From: Alphaproteobacteria bacterium | GTDB taxonomy: Bacteria > Pseudomonadota > Alphaproteobacteria > SP197 | Length of the DNA stretch: 64,000 nt | Assembly: GCA_964291415.2 (NCBI GenBank) | Contig: OZ219918.1 | Location: forward strand, 896,001-960,000 | Direction of reading: 5' to 3' | Part shown: piece by piece, positions 9,672-18,860 of the stretch | Position numbering within the stretch: position 1 is the first letter of the stretch | Layout of the letters: the number at the start of each line of letters is the position of its first letter | The notes under the pieces: model-generated | Told to the model about the DNA's origin: nothing | Databases searched by the model: none | What the model saw: the letters and a program-made list of their open reading frames with translations, nothing else | Translations under genes and position numbers: made by a program

Positions 9672-10726
9672 GCGTTTCCCTTGATGCCCCGCAACAACGT
9701 GCGTTTGTCGATGATGCCGACCGGAATGGCATTTCCATCCGTCACGAGGATGGGCTGATCCGTTTCAGCCGCAACATCGATGATCTCCGAGAGCAGACTG
9801 TCGCTGACCACCTTCGGGAGGTCTCCGACATCGGGACGGGTTCCGGTGCGGGATGCAAATGCGTCGATCGGTTCCATGAGCGATCGGGCATGGAGCAGAT
9901 TGAGGCGCGAAATGTGGGCCACGAAGTCGGCGACATAGTCGTCCTTCGGGTTGGTGACGATCTCTTCCGCCCGACCCGTCTGCACAATCTGGCCATCCTT
10001 CATGATGGCAATCCTGTTTCCGATTCTTATGGCTTCATCGAGATCATGCGTGATGAACACCGTGGTCTTTCCCAGGCGTCGGGACAGTTCCATGAAATCG
10101 CTCTGCAGCTGGCGGCGGATGAGGGGATCAAGCGCGCTGAAGGGTTCATCCATCAGCAGGATAACCGGGTCGGCTGCAACCGCGCGGGCAAGCCCGACAC
10201 GCTGCTGCATGCCACCGGATAGCTCGTTGCAGTATCGGTCGCCCCAGCCGTCAAGCCCAACCATGGCGAGAGCCTGTTCGGCGACGCCGTAACGCCGGTG
10301 CTTGGTCACGCCCTGGATCTCCATGGGTAGAGCGACATTGTCTCGCACCGTGCGGTGGGGAAGCAGGGCAAAGTTCTGAAACACCATGCCGATCTTGCGC
10401 GATCGCAGTTCGCGCAGTTCGGCCGGTGTCTTGGTCATGACGTCCTCGCCATCGACAATGACCTCTCCGCTGGTGGGCTCGAGAAGCCGGTTTATGTGGC
10501 GAACCAGTGTCGACTTGCCACTGCCCGAGAGGCCCATGACGCAGAAGATTTCGCCACGGCTGACGGTGATGTTGGCGTCGGCAACCCCGACGACACAGCC
10601 AAACTGGTCGAGAACCTGGTCCTTTGTGAGGCCGTGTTCACGAATGGCGCGCAACGCCGTTTGGGCGTTGTCCCCGAAGATCTTGTAGACATGACGGAGA
10701 ACGATGGCGTCGTTCGGATCAGCCAA
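9668..10726 (-). CDS. glycine betaine/proline-type ABC transporter ATP-binding subunit (ProV-like)
   Basis: Walker A GLSGSGKST, LSGGMQQRVG, LMDEPFSALDPLIR, C-terminal CBS-like tail. Confidence 0.93.
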   Translation of the reverse strand: MADPNDAIVLRHVYKIFGDNAQTALRAIREHGLTKDQVLDQFGCVVGVADANITVSRGEIFCVMGLSGSGKSTLVRHINRLLEPTSGEVIVDGEDVMTKTPAELRELRSRKIGMVFQNFALLPHRTVRDNVALPMEIQGVTKHRRYGVAEQALAMVGLDGWGDRYCNELSGGMQQRVGLARAVAADPVILLMDEPFSALDPLIRRQLQSDFMELSRRLGKTTVFITHDLDEAIRIGNRIAIMKDGQIVQTGRAEEIVTNPKDDYVADFVAHISRLNLLHARSLMEPIDAFASRTGTRPDVGDLPKVVSDSLLSEIIDVAAETDQPILVTDGNAIPVGIIDKRTLLRGIKGNA

Positions 10727-10822
10727 GGGTCAGTGCCTCCGCGGCTGAAGCGGACGTGACAGCGTCAAACCGGCTGCCGGGTTGAATGGATACCGCAGGG
10801 AGCGGATTGTTGCCTCCGCCCC

Positions 10823-10848
10823 GGGGCCGGCCGCTATCGACCGGCCCC
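10823..10848. terminator. GC-rich hairpin just 3' of the substrate-binding protein gene (mRNA-stabilising or terminator-like)
   Basis: GGGGCCGG-N10-CCGGCCCC between the proX-like and proV-like genes. Confidence 0.45.
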
Positions 10849-10861
10849 TGTCAGGCTGATG

Positions 10862-11824
10862 TCACTGGCCGACCCAGGACTGGACGGACTCGGAGTTGGC
10901 CTCGACCCATTCGCTGGCGATTTCCACAGGGTCGCGCTCATTGACGATGAGTTCGTAGGCAAAGGCATTGATGTCGTCCGCGCTGAGCTGGATGTTCTGC
11001 AGCAGTTGCACGAGCGCGGGTTGCCTTTCTTCGAGAGCCGCCACGTAACCGATGCGGATCGTGGTTTCCGGGTAGGCCGAAGACACCGAGGAAAGATTGT
11101 ACCAGTCGGGATCGGCGTTCGGCTGCACCATGACGAACTTGTCCGGATCATGGGCTGGTTCGTCGAGCAGGGAAAGATTGTAAAGGGTGAAGTTGTGATG
11201 GGGTCCGTAGCAATAGCCGACCCAGGCCCTGTCCGCTTTGAATGCGCGATCAAGGCTCGCTGTGGCGACCGACTCTTCCGCGGCCTGCAATTCGAAGAAC
11301 TCCTCGATCCCGTAGTCGCGGGCCCTGATTCTCTCGATGTTGGTGCTTTGCCAGCCCTCCGAGCCGATCCAGATTTCGCCCATGCCGTCGCCATTGGAAT
11401 CAAACAGCAAGGCGTTGTCCGGGTTCGACAGGTCAAATACCGACGTGATTCCCTGCTCGATGGCGGCCGGGGTCACACAGTATCCCTGCACGCCCATCCA
11501 GGGACGTTCGGAGAGGACGACAGAGCCCTTTTCGTCGACATATGACGCAACCAGCCCGCCCTGGTTTGGCATCCAGACCTCCGTATGGATATCGACTTCG
11601 CCGTCCGCGCGGTCCAGCGCCTCCCAGAGAACCGGAACGGCAAGCGGTGGGGCCAGTTCGACATTCAATCCCAGGGCGTGATCAGCTATGGCGCTGACCA
11701 GGAACGCGGAAGCGCGGCCACCGGGAAAGTTCCAGTCGACAACCTTGGCGTCCTGCGCCGCTGCCGAACCCACCAGGCTGGCTACCACGATTCCCGCGAG
11801 TGTGGATTTGGAAATTCTTGACAT
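10862..11824 (-). CDS. betaine-type ABC transporter substrate-binding protein (ProX/OpuAC family)
   Basis: Signal peptide (LVGSAAAQD), EVWMPNQ, GEIWIG, GYCYGPH; first gene of the ABC cassette. Confidence 0.85.
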   Translation of the reverse strand: MSRISKSTLAGIVVASLVGSAAAQDAKVVDWNFPGGRASAFLVSAIADHALGLNVELAPPLAVPVLWEALDRADGEVDIHTEVWMPNQGGLVASYVDEKGSVVLSERPWMGVQGYCVTPAAIEQGITSVFDLSNPDNALLFDSNGDGMGEIWIGSEGWQSTNIERIRARDYGIEEFFELQAAEESVATASLDRAFKADRAWVGYCYGPHHNFTLYNLSLLDEPAHDPDKFVMVQPNADPDWYNLSSVSSAYPETTIRIGYVAALEERQPALVQLLQNIQLSADDINAFAYELIVNERDPVEIASEWVEANSESVQSWVGQ

Positions 11825-11886
11825 GCATCCCTCCTTGCGTGGCGGGCGTGCCGATCAAGATTGTCGGACCAACCGCCCGATCATTT

Positions 11887-11920
11887 GCACCGTGATCGAT
11901 CTTGCATTCGATCACGGTGC
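11887..11920. promoter_or_regulatory. perfect 13-bp inverted repeat upstream of the ABC cassette (operator or RNA hairpin)
   Basis: GCACCGTGATCGA-TCTTGCAT-TCGATCACGGTGC. Confidence 0.55.
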
Positions 11921-12008
11921 GGCCCCCTTGTTGAACGACGGGAACCTTGTTGCCTGAAACCGTGCATGAGATGGGCGGTGTTTGCAACCGGGGACGAAGC
12001 CTGTTGGT

Positions 12009-12320
12009 TCAGCACTTCACCACCGTGCCGATCACGTTGTCGACGACAATGGGTGTATCGAAGAACCGTATGTCCGGTTCGGCGCCGTACACCTCCCGCG
12101 CCTGTTCACGAAATGCCGGACCATGCCACTTCTCTGCTGCCTCCCTGGTCTTCCACAGGTAGACACCGCCGACCAAGCCGCTCTCGATGTCGAGCAGGTA
12201 GTTCTTTCTGATCAGGTCCGGATTGTCGGCCCAGATCCGGGTGGAGGCGTTGAAGCGCTCCAGGATATCCTCACGTGTCAGGAAACCCGGCAGGCGCAGA
12301 GTGACGATTTCGGTGATCAT
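12009..12320 (-). CDS. YdhR-family putative monooxygenase (dimeric alpha-beta barrel)
   Basis: MITEIVTLRLP...DLIRKNYL...GGVYLWKTREAAE...FDTPIVVDN; ATG 12320 overlaps the upstream TGA (ATGA). Confidence 0.78.
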   Translation of the reverse strand: MITEIVTLRLPGFLTREDILERFNASTRIWADNPDLIRKNYLLDIESGLVGGVYLWKTREAAEKWHGPAFREQAREVYGAEPDIRFFDTPIVVDNVIGTVVKC

Positions 12321-13159
12321 GGATACCGCTCCCGCTGAATCTGCTCTGCCGAAGGTTCGAACACCGTGCCCAGAAACCCGAGAATCTCTGCATTCGCTCG
12401 CCTGGCATCGAGAACGGGCATCATGTGATGTTGTCCGGGCATGATGACGAGCCTGGAGACGGGGATTTCGGCTGCCATCCGGCGAGCCATGTCCGGTGTC
12501 GAGCCGTCGTCGTCCTCGCCGGTCATGATGAGAGCGGGGCAGGAGACGGCGCCAAGCCGTCCCACGATCTCCGGCCCGGAGGAGACAAAGACGCGATGGG
12601 CCTTGCACTTTGCCGTGAAGTTGCCGTCGAGGATCCATCCCAGAATCTCCCCGACAAGTTCCGGCCGTTCCGCATGATCTGCCGTGGTGAACCAACGCTC
12701 GCGTCCCGACTCGATGGCGTGTTCGGCGCCTATGGCACAATTCTGCTCGTAGCGATGTCTCACGCGCGCTGCCTGTTGCGGTGTGCGATCGTAAACGGTG
12801 TTCAGCAGCATCAGGCCGCACAACTCGGCGTGATGACCGATCGCATAGGCCTGGGCAATCAGGCCTCCCATGGAAAATCCGCCAAGAACGGGCCGACCGT
12901 CGCCGCAAACCATGGTGACCACGTCGCGTATCTGGGCGACAAAGTCCTCGAGTGATCGCCGTCCGGCAGGATCCGGCGCGTCACCGTGTCCCCACATGTC
13001 GAAGCAGCAGACGCGGTAGTGCTCCGCCAGTGCTTCGACCTGGGAATCCCACATCCGGTGATCCATCAGGACGCCATGCGCCAGGATGACTGTAGGACCG
13101 CGACCGCTTGTCCAAACAGGCGTTCCGTTGGGTGTCGTGCGTCGTGTCTGTGCGGGCAT
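12317..13159 (-). CDS. alpha/beta hydrolase (3-oxoadipate enol-lactonase-like)
   Basis: HGV oxyanion motif, DMWGHG, GFSMGG nucleophile elbow, TGEDD, HMM His. Confidence 0.88.
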   Translation of the reverse strand: MPAQTRRTTPNGTPVWTSGRGPTVILAHGVLMDHRMWDSQVEALAEHYRVCCFDMWGHGDAPDPAGRRSLEDFVAQIRDVVTMVCGDGRPVLGGFSMGGLIAQAYAIGHHAELCGLMLLNTVYDRTPQQAARVRHRYEQNCAIGAEHAIESGRERWFTTADHAERPELVGEILGWILDGNFTAKCKAHRVFVSSGPEIVGRLGAVSCPALIMTGEDDDGSTPDMARRMAAEIPVSRLVIMPGQHHMMPVLDARRANAEILGFLGTVFEPSAEQIQRERYP

Positions 13160-13168
13160 CAGGTCGGC

Positions 13169-14848
13169 TCACTGCTGCAGGCGGTGGGTGAAGGAGTCCC
13201 GCCGGAACAGCGTCATGATGTCGGGATCCACCTTGACGTGGATGATGACCGGCGTATCGGCGCGCAGGGCCTCGCTCAGTGCATCGGCCACACTTCCCGG
13301 TTCCTCACAGTAGAAACCGGTCGCGCCATACAGTCTGGCAAACTCGTCATAGCGGGGGTTGAGCGTGTCGCAACCGATGTAGCGTCCCTGATAGTAACTG
13401 CGCTGATAGGCTTTCTCCGCGCCCCAGCAACCGTTGTCCATGACCACGGTGATGGTCCTGATTCCGGACTGAACCGCAGTCGAGAACTCCCCCAGGACCA
13501 TGCCGAAACCGCCATCTCCATGAAGGGAGATCACCGGACGCCCGGGGCTCGCACACTTGGCGCCAAGCCCACAGGGGAACGAGAACCCGACCAGGCCGTA
13601 GTCCAGCGTGGTCAGCATGCTGGGCATGTCGCCGTTGTATCTGAGCTTGTCCGTGACCTGGAGGCAGAGCGTGCCGGCGTCAAGCGTGTAGAGGGCGTCT
13701 TCTGGCGCCGCCTGGCGCAACTCTGCGAAGAGGCGGTCGGGCTTGAGTGGCATGGACGTGTCGTTGCCCGCCTCCTCACGGTTTCGCCACAGCTCTTCAA
13801 TCTGTTTGCGGATTCCGTCTGTCCAGTCATGCCAGGGCACCTCGAAGCCAGCCATGGCCGCGGCCATCGCGGAGGCGGCGGAGCCCGCATCGCCAAGCAT
13901 TCCGATCTCGACGGGAAAGTGTCTGGCAAGGGCCGACGGGTCGATATCGACCTGGATGATCTTTGCGTCCGCATTGATGTCATTGTAGCCAAAGAAGGTG
14001 GTGTTGAAGGAAAGCCGAGTGCCGAGCGCCAGGATGACATCGGCGTTCCGGGTCGCTGAACTTGCCACCTCGTTGCCTCGTGGCCCGACCTGTCCGGCAT
14101 AGAGCTGGTGACGGCCGGGCACCACATCCGGGTGACCGGCTGACGCAACGACCGGAATCCGGCAGCGGTCCGACAGGTGGCAGACCGCATTGGAGCCATG
14201 TCCCCACTTGACACCGGCACCGGCGAGAATGACCGGTGAGCGGGCGGACCTGAGTACGTCGCAGGCACGTTCGACGGCGCTCGGATTGATGGTCCCGACT
14301 GGCGACCCCGCTTTGTAGTCCGGCGCCCTGATCCGGGCTTCCGTCTGGGCCGAGAACAGGTCACGGGGGATGTTGACCACTACAGGTCCCCGCCGGCCGG
14401 ATGTTGCGGACTGCAGTGCTTCCGTGATCGCCTCGCCGACCCGGTCGGGGTTCATGACGGTGATGGTGCGCTTGACCACGGGGGAGAACAGGCTGTGCTG
14501 GTCGACCTCCTGCATCGTGTCGCGATGAAAGTGGCTTGAGGTTACCAGTCCGGTGATTGCGACAACCGGAGAGTAGGCCAGCTTTGCCTGTGCGAGGCCG
14601 GTCACCATGTTGACGGAGCCGGGGCCGGCCTGGCCGGCCAGGAACACACCGGGCGTGCCCTTCACCCTGCCGAAACCGTCTGCCATGTGGACGCCGGATG
14701 CCTCGTGCCGGACACCGACGTAGGTGATGTCGTCCTGCACGTCATAGAGCGCGTCATACACCTCCATCGTTGTCGAACCGAGGAGGCCGAAAACATGCGA
14801 TACGCCGGCGCTACGCAACGCCTCCACAACAGCGGCTCCGCCATACAT
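13169..14848 (-). CDS. thiamine-diphosphate-dependent enzyme (acetolactate synthase superfamily, Xsc-like)
   Basis: VRHE, GPGSVN, GDGGFGM...NGCWGAEK ThDP motif resembling Xsc WGAEKKNQ. Start ATG 14848 preceded by GGGGAG. Confidence 0.85.
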   Translation of the reverse strand: MYGGAAVVEALRSAGVSHVFGLLGSTTMEVYDALYDVQDDITYVGVRHEASGVHMADGFGRVKGTPGVFLAGQAGPGSVNMVTGLAQAKLAYSPVVAITGLVTSSHFHRDTMQEVDQHSLFSPVVKRTITVMNPDRVGEAITEALQSATSGRRGPVVVNIPRDLFSAQTEARIRAPDYKAGSPVGTINPSAVERACDVLRSARSPVILAGAGVKWGHGSNAVCHLSDRCRIPVVASAGHPDVVPGRHQLYAGQVGPRGNEVASSATRNADVILALGTRLSFNTTFFGYNDINADAKIIQVDIDPSALARHFPVEIGMLGDAGSAASAMAAAMAGFEVPWHDWTDGIRKQIEELWRNREEAGNDTSMPLKPDRLFAELRQAAPEDALYTLDAGTLCLQVTDKLRYNGDMPSMLTTLDYGLVGFSFPCGLGAKCASPGRPVISLHGDGGFGMVLGEFSTAVQSGIRTITVVMDNGCWGAEKAYQRSYYQGRYIGCDTLNPRYDEFARLYGATGFYCEEPGSVADALSEALRADTPVIIHVKVDPDIMTLFRRDSFTHRLQQ

Positions 14849-15215
14849 TCCCGTTGCTCCCCTGGTTCGACAACCGCGGTGATTTCGGACCTTCCAGCCC
14901 ATCCCGTGCCCACCGTCACGGGTGGCCGGGACCAAGGGAGTGTACGCGTCCCTGCGAGCTGCTGTCGATGAATCCAGCCGCGCAGGGACGTAGCCAGGTC
15001 CGGTCCTCAAGCCACCCATGAGCGTGGTGTCGAGGCCACGCGAAACACATCAAGCTCATTCGGCGGGTTGGCAGGCTCAGTCACCCTTCCGCTGCAGCGC
15101 CCATCGAGTTCGAGGACAGCGGATTGCTTGCGGCCCGGCACTCCGGTGTGGACCGCAGGGGCGACCTGACCTATTGATGGCGTCGTCACATGTCAGGATG
15201 TTGTGGAGTGAGGCG

Positions 15216-15602
15216 ATGGTCTGGACCGACGAGATGATCCGCCAACTGGAGGAGTTGTGGGCCAAGGGCACCAGCGCATCAGTCATAGGAAAGGAGCTTG
15301 GTGTTTCCAAGAACGCGGTGATCGGCAAGTCGCGCCGCCTCAAGCTGCCGGCGCGGCCATCGCCGATTGTCAGGGCAGGCGAGAAGAAGAAGCCGGTGAC
15401 CGGCACCACCCCGAAACAGCAGCAGCGCATCACCGACATCATCGAATTGACGGCACAACTGTGCCGCTGGCCGTTTGGCAATCCCGACGAGGATGACTTC
15501 TATTTCTGCGGCAAGGCCGTGGTTCCGGGCAAGCCCTACTGCCAGGAACACAGCGACATCGCCTATGTCGCCAAGTCTGGCTCGCGCGACCGCGCATCCT
15601 GA
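15216..15602 (+). CDS. gcrA: GcrA cell cycle regulator (short form)
   Basis: WTDEMIRQLEELWAKG...SKNAVIGKSRRL and CRWPFGNP...FCG...PYCQEH. Confidence 0.9.
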   Translation: MVWTDEMIRQLEELWAKGTSASVIGKELGVSKNAVIGKSRRLKLPARPSPIVRAGEKKKPVTGTTPKQQQRITDIIELTAQLCRWPFGNPDEDDFYFCGKAVVPGKPYCQEHSDIAYVAKSGSRDRAS

Positions 15603-15620
15603 ACCGGTGTCTCGACGCGG

Positions 15621-16088
15621 TCAGTAGTCAATGGCCGTGATCTCGATTTCCCGCTGTCCCTTGGGCGTCGCGAAGGAGACGTCATCGCCCGATTCCCGTC
15701 CCATGAGGGCCCGCGCGATCGGGCTCCTGATGGAGATCAGCCCCATGTCGGTGTCGGCTTCATGCTCACCGACGATACGGTAGGTCACTTCGTCCCCCGT
15801 ATCGAGGTCGACCACCGTGACCCGGGCGCCGAAGGCGACCCTGTCCCGGGGTTGCCGGTCCGGGTTGATGACCTGTGCCTCGCCGAGGACACCTTCAAGC
15901 TGCCTGATGCGCGCTTCCACGAATCCCTGGCGGTCCTTGGCCGCGTGATACTCGGCATTTTCCTTGAGGTCGCCGTGTTCGCGCGCCGCCTCGATGGCCC
16001 GGGAGATGGCATGGCGCTCGCTGTTCTTGAGGCGCTTCAACTCAAGGGACAGGCGTTCAAAGCCCTCTTGTGTCATGGGGTGAGTCAC
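15621..16088 (-). CDS. greA: transcription elongation factor GreA
   Basis: AREHGDLKENAEYHAAK, ISIRSPIARALMG. Confidence 0.96.
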   Translation of the reverse strand: MTHPMTQEGFERLSLELKRLKNSERHAISRAIEAAREHGDLKENAEYHAAKDRQGFVEARIRQLEGVLGEAQVINPDRQPRDRVAFGARVTVVDLDTGDEVTYRIVGEHEADTDMGLISIRSPIARALMGRESGDDVSFATPKGQREIEITAIDY

Positions 16089-16246
16089 CTTGGGCTCGCT
16101 CCTTTCGCGTCACTCCCGCCATGTGTCATGGCACCGGTCACAGTCCGGCGTCAACGCCTGGCGGACCACAAAAAAAGTGATCAACATCGCTGGCACTCCG
16201 GTCCATAATGTGCCGCCGCTTCGTCCAGCAGTCGGGAGGATGCCCG

Positions 16247-17752
16247 ATGGTACACCTCGTCAGCTTTGACCCCGGCGTCGAAGAACGTGTGCGCTTCATC
16301 GAGGAAACCCGTCCCGGCGACATCGTGGACAGGACACTCGACCGCCTCGAGGCCGGCGAGGATGCGCGTGATCTCGTGGCCGCTGCGGCCCTTGCGGTGT
16401 CGCGCTCGAGCGAGCTCCCAGCCGGACATCATGGCGGACCGATCCATCCCGTGGCAGGCATTCACGCCGTGCTGTCGATGATGGACCGGCTCGATGGCGG
16501 GGACAGTCGACTGCCGGCCATCCAGAGCGTAGCGCTGGCCTGCAAGCACATTCACCTGCCGTCCATGGGGCCGACAGCCATGGTGCGGTTCGACGATCTC
16601 AATCGGGACGTCAGTCCGGAGAGGATACTCGAACGGCTCGCGCACTCGGTCCGGGCCCATGAGAAGCGCCTTGCCGAACGGGCACTGACCCTTGCCTGCG
16701 AGACGGTGTCGCCTGGCCGCATTCTCGATTGCCTGCTGCCGGTGGCGCTCGAGCGCAACGTGCTTGACGATCACTACTTCCTCTACCTCGTCTACGCCAT
16801 GCGCGCCCTTGACGGTATCGGCTGGCAATGGGGGCCGGTGCTGTTGCGCCCGGTGGTCAGGTACCTGGCACGCCACGCTCCGTTCACCGGCTTCGGCGAG
16901 TTCGATCAGCAGGCGATCGACGATGGCATTGCCTTTCACAAGAGGCTCGGTGAACTCGATGCGCTGATGGACACGCATCACCTCACGCCGGAGACCGTGC
17001 CCCTGAAGACCGGTGAGTTCGAGACGGCGGCGATCGAAGAGTTCGCGGACAGGGTGGGTGCTGTTGCGTCGATTGCTGAGTTGCCCGGGATGGTCGCCGA
17101 GGCCATGGGGAGTGGTCTCTCACTGGAGGGAACCTGCGAAGCGCTCTCCATCGGCGGGGCCCGTATCTTCCTGCGTTCCCACACCGCCAATCCCTTCGAT
17201 GTCCACATCCACACCGGCATATCCGCCCGGCGCTACGTGATCGGATTTCCGGAGGTCTCTTTCCGCTCGAAGTGCCTGGCGCTTCTCGGTTGGGCGTGGA
17301 GTTACGAGATCCGTTATCTCGACTCCACCCTGACCTGGGACTGGAAGGGGAGCGAGCCTGCCGTCGTCGAACCAGCCAGGGTCCTGCTGGACCGGATCGA
17401 GGAGGCGATCCTCGCAATCGACGGCTACGACGTGACGAGGCTCGAGGTTCCGATCAATGAGCTGGTGGCCCAGGATGCGGTCCGCGACATCGTGGGTCTC
17501 GCTCGCGCCTATGTCCAGGCGGGGCACGATGCCGGGGATCTCTTCACCCTTGCGACGCGTCTGGCATGCCGAGAGGACGCCTCCGAAATGCATGGCTACA
17601 AGATCCAGCAGGCCGCCCTCGAGGAGTACCGGTTGTGCCGGGCGCCGCTGAACTGGGTCCATGCAGTCGCGGCCGTCAAGCAGTGCTCCGTGACGGCTCC
17701 GGTGAATCCGAAGAGGTTCTATCCACGGTACGCCAGTCGCCTGGCTGCCTGA
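16247..17752 (+). CDS. uncharacterised protein with four His-bearing pseudo-repeats (candidate non-heme Fe oxygenase)
   Basis: 501 aa, GGAGGA RBS, typical codon bias; motifs GPIHP, DDHYF, DVHIHT, EMHGYK. The CDS is secure; the function is inferred. Confidence 0.8.
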   Translation: MVHLVSFDPGVEERVRFIEETRPGDIVDRTLDRLEAGEDARDLVAAAALAVSRSSELPAGHHGGPIHPVAGIHAVLSMMDRLDGGDSRLPAIQSVALACKHIHLPSMGPTAMVRFDDLNRDVSPERILERLAHSVRAHEKRLAERALTLACETVSPGRILDCLLPVALERNVLDDHYFLYLVYAMRALDGIGWQWGPVLLRPVVRYLARHAPFTGFGEFDQQAIDDGIAFHKRLGELDALMDTHHLTPETVPLKTGEFETAAIEEFADRVGAVASIAELPGMVAEAMGSGLSLEGTCEALSIGGARIFLRSHTANPFDVHIHTGISARRYVIGFPEVSFRSKCLALLGWAWSYEIRYLDSTLTWDWKGSEPAVVEPARVLLDRIEEAILAIDGYDVTRLEVPINELVAQDAVRDIVGLARAYVQAGHDAGDLFTLATRLACREDASEMHGYKIQQAALEEYRLCRAPLNWVHAVAAVKQCSVTAPVNPKRFYPRYASRLAA

Positions 17753-17855
17753 CGGCCTCCCTTGCCGGCGGCGGCCGGGTCGCACGATGCCATGGCATAC
17801 AAGGCCGGCACTGTGATAGTAGTGCCAGCCCGCTTGAGGAACGGAGACAAGCCCG

Positions 17856-18818
17856 ATGAGTGGTGCGGTTCTGACTCTGAAGGTGAACAGGGTCGTCGAC
17901 GAAGCGGTTGACATACGCTCCTTCGAGCTCGTTGACCCTGAAGGCCGTCTGCTGCCGATGTTCACGGCCGGGGCCCACGTCGACGTCGAGTTGCCCAACG
18001 GTCTTGTCCGGCAGTACTCGATTTCGAGTGATCCGCGGGATGTTGACCGCTACGTCGTCGGAGTCCTGCGTGAGCCGGAGAGCCGGGGCGGATCCGTCTG
18101 CATGCACGATCGTGTGCGTGCGGGGGATCACCTGACGATCCATGGCCCGCGCAACAATTTCCCCCTGGCGGCCGATGCACGCCATCACATCCTGCTGGCC
18201 GGCGGTATCGGCGTGACACCGATGATGGCCATGGCCCGTGATCTTTCGGCGCGTGGCGCCTCCTTCGAGATGCACTACTGCACGCGCTCACCGGATCGCA
18301 CGGCCTTTCGCACCGACATCGCGCAATCGGATTTTGCCGATCACGTGGTCTTTCACCATGACAACGGCATTCCGGCCGACGGTCTTGATATCGCCGGTCT
18401 CCTAAGGGAGGTGCGCCCGGATACGCATGTCTACTATTGTGGTCCGGCGGGATTCATGCAGGCCTGCGAGGCGGCATTGGCCCACTGGCCGCGCCACACC
18501 GTTCACTTCGAGTACTTTTCTGTCGACGAATCCGTCGAACATGGCGAGAACGCAGCCTTCAAGGTGAAGATCGCCAGCACGGGCGCGGTGCTCGACGTGC
18601 CGGCGGACCGCACCATCGTCGAGGTGCTGCGTGCCAACGGCCTTGATGTCGAAACCATGTGCGAGGAAGGAATCTGCGGCACCTGCGCCACGGTGCTCCT
18701 CGACGGAGAGCCCGATCACCGGGATTTCGTGCTGGACGACGAGGAAAAGGCTCGCGGCGAATTCATCATGGTCTGCTGCAGTCGCGCCCGTTCGCCGATG
18801 CTGACCCTCGACATCTGA
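17856..18818 (+). CDS. PDR/VanB-family oxidoreductase (FMN, NAD(P)H, plant-type 2Fe-2S)
   Basis: RQYS, SRGGS, AGGIGVTP, YYCGP, CEEGICGTC...CCSRA. Confidence 0.95.
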   Translation: MSGAVLTLKVNRVVDEAVDIRSFELVDPEGRLLPMFTAGAHVDVELPNGLVRQYSISSDPRDVDRYVVGVLREPESRGGSVCMHDRVRAGDHLTIHGPRNNFPLAADARHHILLAGGIGVTPMMAMARDLSARGASFEMHYCTRSPDRTAFRTDIAQSDFADHVVFHHDNGIPADGLDIAGLLREVRPDTHVYYCGPAGFMQACEAALAHWPRHTVHFEYFSVDESVEHGENAAFKVKIASTGAVLDVPADRTIVEVLRANGLDVETMCEEGICGTCATVLLDGEPDHRDFVLDDEEKARGEFIMVCCSRARSPMLTLDI

Positions 18819-18860
18819 ACCCCTTCGGGGCGCAGACGGGCCTCGGTCCCGTGAACCGAA

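Noticed and set aside
16191-16206. Sigma54 promoter (TGGCAC) upstream of the unknown protein
   Set aside because: The -12 TTGC element is absent.
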